DNA from: Actinopolyspora sp. H202
GTDB lineage: Bacteria > Actinomycetota > Actinomycetes > Mycobacteriales > Pseudonocardiaceae
Assembly: GCF_051225635.1 (NCBI RefSeq)
Contig: NZ_JBMIHH010000009.1
Coordinates: forward strand, 167,835 to 199,834
Reading direction: 5' to 3'
DNA length: 32,000 nt
The position numbers and the translations under genes are program-made. Positions 26,101 to 32,000 of this stretch are shown piece by piece (within the stretch, counting starts at the first letter, position 1; the number at the start of each line of letters is the position of its first letter). The notes beneath the pieces are model-generated. The model had not been told where the DNA came from and ran no database searches. It saw only the letters and a list, made by a program, of their open reading frames with translations.

Positions 26101-29100
26101 AAGGAGCTGACCGCGGCCGAACGGGACCTGCCGGACGTGATCACCACCGGAGGGGAGTGGGCAACCCCGGCCGGTAGCTACTGCACGGCCGATCCCATCG
26201 GAACCGGGAAGATCGCGTTCGTGTACCCGGGTGCCTTCACCGCCTATCCACGGGCGGGTGATGGCCTGTTCCGCCTGTTCCCGGGGCTGCTCGCCCGGTT
26301 CGAGAGCGGTTGTCGGCAACCGGGCCTGCGCTACAAACAGCGTGCGCTCTACCCCAGGGCGACCGGTGGTGTGGAGCGCGGGAAGTTGATGCGGCACGAG
26401 TCCGGGCTCATCGAGGACATCCCCACCATGCTCGCGCTGGGCACCAACCTGGCGGTGCTCCACACCCAGCTGCTGCGGGACGAGCTGGGGATCGTGCCGG
26501 ACGGTGCGTTCGGCTACAGCCTCGGCGAGAGCAGCATGCTGTTCGCCACCGGTGTCTGGGCCGAGTCCTCCCGGGACGACAGCGCGTTGACAGCAACCCC
26601 GCTCTTCAGGGACCAGCTGCGCGGGCCGAAGCGGCTGATCCGGAGAACCTGGGGAATCGACGACGAGACCCCGGACAGCGCGGTGTGGACGACGCGGGTG
26701 CTGCTGACCGCCCCGACATCGGTGCGCGCGGGCATGCACGGCCTCGACCGAGTGTTCCTCACCCACGTCAACACCCCGACCGAAGTGGTCGTCGCAGGTG
26801 CTCCGGAGCAGTGCGAGCGGTTGATCGAACGGCTCGGCTGCCAAGCGGCCAGGGCACCTGCCAACCACGTCATGCACAACTCGCTCGTGGACCCGGTGCT
26901 CTCGGAGCTCGCCGATCTGAATCGCTATCCGATGGGGGACGGTCCTGCTCCCGGAACGGAGCTGTTGTCCGGTTACACCGGCGGGCCGAGCGAGGTGTCC
27001 GATCCGGACGAGATCGCCTGGCGCATCGCGCGGACCCTGCGCGACACGGTCGACTTCGCCGCGCTGACCGAAACCGCACACGAACGGGGATACCGCTACT
27101 TCGTGGAGATGGGGCCAGCCGCGACCTGCACCAGGTGGATCGGCGAGACCCTGCGCGAGAAGCGCCACCTCGCCGTACCGATCGACAACCGGGGTAAGCA
27201 GGTCGGTGCTTCCGTGGCGAGGCTGCTGGCCCGACTCCACTCGCACGGCGTCGACATCGATCTGGCGAGGTTGTACCCGGCGGAGTCCGCGGAATCCGCG
27301 CGCGACGCCCTCACCGTAAGCGCGACCTGCGGCGGCGAATCGATCGTCGACCGGGTCGCCACCGCCTGCGCGGCGGTGCGTTCCGAGTCGAGCACGTGGA
27401 GGTACGGCATGTCCCCGGCGGCGGATTCCCCTTCGGGCACCGCGGGCACCGGAGCCATCGGCGGTGACGCGATAACCGAGGCCCCCTCACCAACCCGGTC
27501 ACCCTCGCTGTCCACCGGTGCCGAGGACGTGCTCTTCGAGGGCGACGGTTCGGACGGCAACGCGATTCTCGTGGAGGGTGAGCCGTTCGTGTATCCACCG
27601 GCGATACGGGAGCAACTGTCGAACGCGCGGACCCGACCCGTGCCGGACACACCCGCTGCCGTGGCGCCCGCCTCTTCGTCCCGGCCCGGAGAACCTCGTC
27701 CTCCCGCGAGTCCTGAGCGGACGGGTCAGCGTGCCGCCGCGGATGTCCCGGCGAGTCACATGAGTCTGCTGTCGCGGCAGATCGCCGAAGCGCACCGTGC
27801 CGCACTACGTGCCCAGGACGCGTTGTTGTGGGAGACGATGCGGCAGCTGGAGCCGGACACGCCCCCGCCCGCCGTCGACGACGGCGCCGAGCGGAGCTTC
27901 CACACCGGTGCGGTCGCCCGGACCGGACCGAGCGCGCCCACCCCCGTGCCGACCGCTCCCGACCGCGGCGGAGCTCCCGAGACGTCCCCCACCGTCGACA
28001 AGCCGATCCTGGACGAACGCGACCTGCTCGAATTCGCGGGCGGTTCCGTCGGCGAGGTGTTCGGTTCGCGATTCGCCGAGATCGACGCCTACCCGCGGCG
28101 TGTCCGGCTGCCCGAACCGCCCTACCTGTTCGTCAGCCGGGTCACGGAGCTGGCGGGCCGGACGGGGGTGTTCGAGCCGTCCTCCATCACCACCGAGTAC
28201 GACATCCCGCACGACGCCTGGTTCGCGGTGGACGGGTTGACCCCCTGCGCGGTGACGATCGAGGCGGGGCAGTGCGATCTCCTGCTGATCAGCTACCTGG
28301 GCATCGACTTCCACAACCGGGGAGAACGGGTTTACCGGCTGTTGGACAGCCGACTGGTCTTCCACGGTCCGCTGCCACGCGCGGGCCAGACGTTGCGCTA
28401 TCGGATCAACATCGATCGTTTCGTCTGGAACGACGGTTCGCTGTTGTTCTTCTTCAACTACCGCTGCTATGCCGACGACGAGCTGATCCTCGAACTGCTC
28501 GATGCCTGCGCAGGCTTTTTCACCAAGACCGAGCTGGACAACTCCATCGGTGTGGTGACCGGCGAGTCCGACCGACGGCGGCGTGCCGAGTTCACCGAGT
28601 CCTGGTTCAAACCGTTGGCCCGGACCCCGCGCACGGAGCTGTCCGACGCGGATCTTCGGCTGTTGACCGAGGGCAGGCGCGGCGAGGTGTTCGGCCCCGA
28701 GTGGGACCAGCACGCCGACGGCTGCAACCCCTCACTGCGGCTACCGGACGAGATGCTGCGGATGATCGACGAGATCCCGCTGATCGACCGTCTCGGCGGG
28801 CCGCGGTCCCTCGGAGAACTGACCGCCGTCAAGAACCTGGAGCCCGACGGCTGGTACTTCCGCTGCCACTTCACCGGTGACCCCGTGCTCGCGGGATCCA
28901 TGGTGGCCGAAGGCGCGGTCCAGCTGTTGCAGACCTACAGCTTGTACCTGGGTATGCACCTCGTCTTCCCGGATGCCGAGTTCCAGTCGGTGCCCGGGTT
29001 GGAGACCGAGGTCAAGGTGCGGGGACAGATCACACCGGAGACCTCGCGAATCCGGTACCACGCCGAGATCACCGAGTTGTCCATGCTGCCGCGCCCCACC

Positions 29101-30411
29101 GTGATCGCCGACATCGTGGTCTACGACGGGGAGAAACCGATCATCAGCATGCGCGACTTCGGTATCCAGGTCCGCGAGAAGCCCGGCACGCCCTATCGCC
29201 CCGAGCGAGGTGGTGTTCCCGAGTTCCTGGGCAGGCGCAATCATCGCGGTGAGGCGGCTTTCATCAACGAACTGCATCTCGCGCACGCTGCCAAGGGCGA
29301 TCTGGCCACCGCGATGGGCACCGAGTTCGAGATCTACGACAACCGCCGCGCGCCGCACATCCCCAACGGCGATTTCCAGTTCGTGGACAGGATCATGCGG
29401 CTGGACGGCACTCGGGGAGAGCTCACACCCGGCTCGACCATGGCCACCGAGTACGACAGCCCGCCCGAAGCCTGGTACTACCGGGACAACTCGCGTGCCG
29501 CGATGCCGAACTGCGTGTTCATGGAGACATCGCTGCAGGCGGCGATCCTGCTGGGGTACTACATCGGCGCCACGCTGGAGACACCGGAAGACGAGCTGTC
29601 CATCCGGAACCTGGACGGCAACGCCCGACTGGTCACCGACATGGACCTCCGGGGCAGGACCATCCGGCACGAGTCCGAACTGCTGTCGCACCAGACCGTG
29701 ACCGGAGCGACGTTGCAGAACTTCGGCTATCGGCTCTACGCCGACGACGTACTCGTCTACGAGGGCGAGTCGCTCTTCGGGTATTTCACCGCCGACGCGC
29801 TGTCGCAGCAGGTCGGTCTCGACGCCGGTCGCTACGTTCCACCCTGGTTGGACGAACAGCAGGGGAGCCGGGTCCGCACATTGCCGGTCCGAGCACGTGA
29901 CGAGTGGTTCCGGCCGGACCCCGAGAGCGGGTTGCGACTGGACGACGGGCACCTGCGGCTGGTCGACGAGGTGGACGTGGTCGACGGCGGAGGACGGTTC
30001 GGGGAGGGATACCTGCGCGGCCGTCGCGTGATCGACCCGGACGACTGGTACTTCAGCTGTCATTTTCACCGCGACCCGGTCATGCCCGGTTCGTTGGGCG
30101 TGGAAGCCGTGATCCAGGCCCTGCAGCTCCACGTCATCGATTCCGGACTCGCCTCCGGCATGTCGGGGGCCTACTTCGCCATCCCCACCGACGTGGCGAT
30201 GAGCTGGAAATATCGCGGACAGATTCTCCGCGGCGACCGCGAGATGACCTTCGATCTGCACGTCAAACGGGTGCACCGGGAGAACGGGAGGTTGCTGGTG
30301 ATCGCCGACGCGAACGTGTGGAAACCCGGACTGCGCATCTACGAACTGCATGACGTGGCCGTCGAGGTCCGTGCCGAATCCGCCGCCGAGCACTCGAATA
30401 CCGAGAGGTGA
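23113..30411 (+). CDS. pfaC: PfaC-like PUFA-synthase subunit with fused AT: KS-CLF-AT-linker-(FabA-like DH)x2, 2432 aa
   Basis: GTG 23113 overlaps the upstream TGA (GTGA). In-frame ATG 23131 is an alternative start. Domains are listed below. Confidence 0.93.
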   Translation: MTRSDAMSGQANTGQELAVVGTACLLPGANTPEQFWRTIASGSDFRVEGGTETFGTGPEIPGGWGDEEHRITTTRGGFVTEPDIDLDGLGIPEQRLRELDDVVRWPLHTVRAALADAGMAEADERLARTGLVLGNYSFPTKSSVELCVPLVRSMVDEGMRRADIPVPGGEPTGHGVAAENLRPSGLPATVVGSAFGLGGPTLALDAACSSALYGVSLARDYLGTGKADVMLAGAVCAPDPLLIHLSFSDLGAYPEDGRSVPFDAGSNGILTGQGAGILVLKRLADAERDGDRIHAVVSSIGLTNDGAGKHLLSPSETGQIGAYEHAYRDVSPDSVDYIECHATGTPLGDATELRGISAFFGERVPWLGSVKGNIGHLLTVAGFSSMLKAVLMLREGVVPPLPGLDEVRTPEGGEGAAARVVHDETGNPAGATGPSRIGVSAFGFGGTNAHLLLDAHDGRSSTSPDRTQHAEAVTVVGLGARAAAATSPTELHRALHHGANLLRELPEPRWYGSDAISDSPAAVPVEQGYMASLEVAASTYRIPPAELGHFNPQHLALFQAAEQALDEAGLHAPGPGTSATDLPPRRVAVVVAMEMDPRTHSHRARFDIGAHVRAECARAGVDIGADEMDSLEAAVRGAVHDRIGSNEVLSYIGNIMASRISASRNLTGPSFTVSSDETAGARAIEVAQLLLCDPSVEGVLVGGVDLAASAENTAADARLTNEAGVTALPNGDGAAAVLLTRERQAEEWPRRYATVDGLHLRTERHPGADSVRAGARAALAEADIDRTELDYVELVGSSTEELTGLISGIASLVPRPSDGDPTCVLGESASLTGNTRSAAVLLSLVRVCVSMYLAELPVSSARAVEAASAVSDLDSSALCVNTGTEPWLRSATDTDRRAMLSVVGRTGTLAGTVAHLLLRGADVRSDEVSIDWQRREEALILPITGRDGTELARRAAVLRDELTANPARQVIRSAIDAADRRGYRAVLVARNDSELVKELTAAERDLPDVITTGGEWATPAGSYCTADPIGTGKIAFVYPGAFTAYPRAGDGLFRLFPGLLARFESGCRQPGLRYKQRALYPRATGGVERGKLMRHESGLIEDIPTMLALGTNLAVLHTQLLRDELGIVPDGAFGYSLGESSMLFATGVWAESSRDDSALTATPLFRDQLRGPKRLIRRTWGIDDETPDSAVWTTRVLLTAPTSVRAGMHGLDRVFLTHVNTPTEVVVAGAPEQCERLIERLGCQAARAPANHVMHNSLVDPVLSELADLNRYPMGDGPAPGTELLSGYTGGPSEVSDPDEIAWRIARTLRDTVDFAALTETAHERGYRYFVEMGPAATCTRWIGETLREKRHLAVPIDNRGKQVGASVARLLARLHSHGVDIDLARLYPAESAESARDALTVSATCGGESIVDRVATACAAVRSESSTWRYGMSPAADSPSGTAGTGAIGGDAITEAPSPTRSPSLSTGAEDVLFEGDGSDGNAILVEGEPFVYPPAIREQLSNARTRPVPDTPAAVAPASSSRPGEPRPPASPERTGQRAAADVPASHMSLLSRQIAEAHRAALRAQDALLWETMRQLEPDTPPPAVDDGAERSFHTGAVARTGPSAPTPVPTAPDRGGAPETSPTVDKPILDERDLLEFAGGSVGEVFGSRFAEIDAYPRRVRLPEPPYLFVSRVTELAGRTGVFEPSSITTEYDIPHDAWFAVDGLTPCAVTIEAGQCDLLLISYLGIDFHNRGERVYRLLDSRLVFHGPLPRAGQTLRYRINIDRFVWNDGSLLFFFNYRCYADDELILELLDACAGFFTKTELDNSIGVVTGESDRRRRAEFTESWFKPLARTPRTELSDADLRLLTEGRRGEVFGPEWDQHADGCNPSLRLPDEMLRMIDEIPLIDRLGGPRSLGELTAVKNLEPDGWYFRCHFTGDPVLAGSMVAEGAVQLLQTYSLYLGMHLVFPDAEFQSVPGLETEVKVRGQITPETSRIRYHAEITELSMLPRPTVIADIVVYDGEKPIISMRDFGIQVREKPGTPYRPERGGVPEFLGRRNHRGEAAFINELHLAHAAKGDLATAMGTEFEIYDNRRAPHIPNGDFQFVDRIMRLDGTRGELTPGSTMATEYDSPPEAWYYRDNSRAAMPNCVFMETSLQAAILLGYYIGATLETPEDELSIRNLDGNARLVTDMDLRGRTIRHESELLSHQTVTGATLQNFGYRLYADDVLVYEGESLFGYFTADALSQQVGLDAGRYVPPWLDEQQGSRVRTLPVRARDEWFRPDPESGLRLDDGHLRLVDEVDVVDGGGRFGEGYLRGRRVIDPDDWYFSCHFHRDPVMPGSLGVEAVIQALQLHVIDSGLASGMSGAYFAIPTDVAMSWKYRGQILRGDREMTFDLHVKRVHRENGRLLVIADANVWKPGLRIYELHDVAVEVRAESAAEHSNTER
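23158..24477 (+). other. KS domain of the PfaC-like protein
   Basis: The motifs are LALDAACSSALYGV (Cys208, TGC 23734-23736), ECHATGT, KGNIGHLLTVAG and FGFGGTNAHLLLD. Confidence 0.9.
24526..25887 (+). other. Chain-length-factor (KS-like, non-catalytic) domain
   Basis: A second KS-like fold follows the KS. The position that aligns by eye with the active-site Cys reads TVSSDETAGARAIE and contains no Cys. Confidence 0.75.
26200..27147 (+). other. Acyltransferase domain (PfaB-like) embedded in the PfaC-like protein
   Basis: The nucleophile elbow is GAFGYSLGESSML (Ser1136, AGC 26518-26520). The N-terminal element reads KIAFVYPGAFTAYP in place of GQGSQ. Confidence 0.8.
28006..29172 (+). other. 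FabA-like dehydratase/isomerase module 1 (pseudo-hot-dog plus catalytic hot-dog)
   Basis: It opens with ILDERDLLEFAGGSVGEVFGSRFAEIDAYPRRVRLPEPPYLFVSRV. The FabA active-site motif is WYFRCHFTGDPVLAGSMVAEG (His1919, CAC 28867-28869). Confidence 0.85.
29230..30408 (+). other. FabA-like dehydratase/isomerase module 2
   Basis: It opens with FINELHLAHAAKGDLATAMGTEFEIYDNRRAPHIPNGDFQFVDRI. The active-site motif is WYFSCHFHRDPVMPGSLGVEA (His2317, CAT 30061-30063). Confidence 0.85.
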
Positions 30412-32000
30412 TCGCAGTGACCGTCACCGAACCGACACTCCGGTCCGGCCCTCGGGCCGATCCGGCAGGAATCAACGCCGTACTCGGCGAACTCGACAAA
30501 CCGTGCTACGTGATCCGCACTCACGAGGGCCCCGCGGTGTGCGACGAGCCCGTGGCCGACGATTCCCGGATCGTGGCCGCCATCGGCCCACTGCCCGCCG
30601 AGCGGCTGGGGTCGCCGCGTTTCCGTGCCGACCACGGTGTCCGATACGCCTACGTCGGTGGAGCGATGGCGGGCGGCATCGCACAGGAGGACTTCGTCAT
30701 CGCCCTCGCCCGTGCGGGGTTCCTCGGCTCGTTCGGGGCGGCCGGTCTGCTGCCCGATCGGATCGAACGCGCGCTGCGGCGGTTCGCCGCGGAGATTCCG
30801 GGACTTCCCTACGCGGTCAACCTGATCCACAGTCCCAGTGAGGAAGCACTCGAACGGCAAACCGTCGAGCTGCTGCTCCGGCACGGGGTGCGTCGCGTGG
30901 AGGCCTCGGCCTTCATGGAACTGACCGAGCACATCGTGCGGTACCGGGTCGCCGGGCTCTCCGCGAACCAACGTGGGGAACCGCTGATCGCCAACAGGGT
31001 GATCGCGAAGGTTTCGCGTACCGAAGTCGCCGAGCGCTTCATGCGTCCCCCGCCCGTCGAGCTGGTGCGGCGGCTGCTCAACGAGGGGACGATCACCCGG
31101 CAGCAGGCAGAGTTGGCGGCGAGCGTGCCGATGGCCGACGACATCACGGTGGAGGCCGATTCGGGCGGTCACACCGACCGTCGTCCGATGACCGCGCTGT
31201 TCCCGGCGGTGGTACGCACCAGGGAGACCGTGGCGAGCGAGTTCGCGCCCGCGGCGCGGCTGCGGATCGGCGCGGCAGGCGGGATCGGCACCCCACACGC
31301 CGCCGCGGCCGCGTTCGCGCTCGGTGCCGACTACGTGGTGACCGGCTCGGTGAACCAGTCCTGTGTGGAGGCCGGAACCTCGGAGTCCGCGAAGGAACTG
31401 CTCGCCAAGGCGGGAGTGGCCGACTGCGAGATGGCTCCCGCCGCGGACATGTTCGAACTGGGCGTCGAATTGCAGGTGCTGCGCAAGGGAACGCTCTTTC
31501 CGATGCGGGCGAAACGGCTGTTCGAGCTGTACCGCTCGTACACCGGCATCGAATCGCTGTCCGCCGAGGACAGGGAAAAGCTGGAGAAGCAGATCCTGCG
31601 TAAACCGGTGGCCGAGGTCTGGGAGGAGGTGACCGAGTACTTCGAGCGCAGGGATCCCGAGCAGCTGCGCCGTGCCGAACAGGATCCCAAGCGCAGGATG
31701 GCGCTGATCTTCCGCTGGTATCTCGGCATGGCCTCGCGCTGGGCCTCGGTCGGTGACGACACCCGCACACCCGACTACCAGATCTGGTGCGGCCCCGCGA
31801 TGGGCGCCTTCAACGACTGGGTGGCCGACACCTATCTGGCCGATCCCGGCAACCGGCGCGTCGCCGACGTGGCCGGACACATCATGCGAGGTGCCTGCCT
31901 GGTCGGCCGCGCCAATCAGCTCCGGCAGGCGGGTGTCCATCTCCCCGCGTCCTGCTCCGACTACCGCCCCCGCCGACCCGTCCACGCGGAGGAACGATGA
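30408..32000 (+). CDS. pfaD: PfaD-family enoyl reductase (FMN/TIM-barrel, nitronate-monooxygenase-like)
   Basis: GTG 30408 overlaps the upstream TGA (GTGA). PfaD-type motifs are FRADHGVRYAYVGGAMAGGIAQEDFVIALARAGFLGSFGAAGL, AVNLIHSP, ITVEADSGGHTD and ADYVVTGSVNQ. The stop TGA is at 31998-32000, exactly the last three bases of the window. Confidence 0.92.
   Translation: MIAVTVTEPTLRSGPRADPAGINAVLGELDKPCYVIRTHEGPAVCDEPVADDSRIVAAIGPLPAERLGSPRFRADHGVRYAYVGGAMAGGIAQEDFVIALARAGFLGSFGAAGLLPDRIERALRRFAAEIPGLPYAVNLIHSPSEEALERQTVELLLRHGVRRVEASAFMELTEHIVRYRVAGLSANQRGEPLIANRVIAKVSRTEVAERFMRPPPVELVRRLLNEGTITRQQAELAASVPMADDITVEADSGGHTDRRPMTALFPAVVRTRETVASEFAPAARLRIGAAGGIGTPHAAAAAFALGADYVVTGSVNQSCVEAGTSESAKELLAKAGVADCEMAPAADMFELGVELQVLRKGTLFPMRAKRLFELYRSYTGIESLSAEDREKLEKQILRKPVAEVWEEVTEYFERRDPEQLRRAEQDPKRRMALIFRWYLGMASRWASVGDDTRTPDYQIWCGPAMGAFNDWVADTYLADPGNRRVADVAGHIMRGACLVGRANQLRQAGVHLPASCSDYRPRRPVHAEER

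Overview
This is a high-GC, actinomycete-type chromosomal segment. All calls come from reading the sequence and ORF track by eye and recognising motifs; no similarity search or computation was run. I found no tRNA, rRNA, CRISPR array or IS element.

Left third (1-11.2 kb), a mix of housekeeping and accessory genes:
- 3' part of a Ser/Thr kinase
- groEL2 behind two tandem CIRCE operators
- a GH84 O-GlcNAcase-like lipoprotein
- a PspC-domain protein
- a SUFU-like protein
- an orphan MoxR AAA+ ATPase
- a DHA2-type MFS transporter
- an ECF-type sigma factor divergent from a TetR regulator

Right two thirds (about 11.25-32.0 kb), two divergent operons that I read as one biosynthetic locus built around a PUFA-synthase-like (pfa-type) iterative megasynthase:
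- Plus strand: FAD/NAD(P) oxidoreductase, discrete carrier protein, alpha/beta-hydrolase thioesterase, KS-AT-ACP, KR-DH, KS-CLF-AT-DH-DH, and a PfaD-type enoyl reductase. The last three gene junctions are all GTGA overlaps.
- Minus strand: aldehyde dehydrogenase, DUF4188-like protein, a possible small His-rich ORF, and a 4-TM membrane protein.

The architecture differs from the characterised marine, thraustochytrid and myxobacterial PUFA synthases. It has a single ACP, pfaA split at the ACP|KR boundary, the AT fused into the pfaC-like protein, and a cis-encoded ACP+TE. No PPTase or AGPAT is visible. The window ends exactly on the pfaD stop codon, so the locus may continue beyond it. This locus, with no product I can assign, is the main candidate for a novel system.
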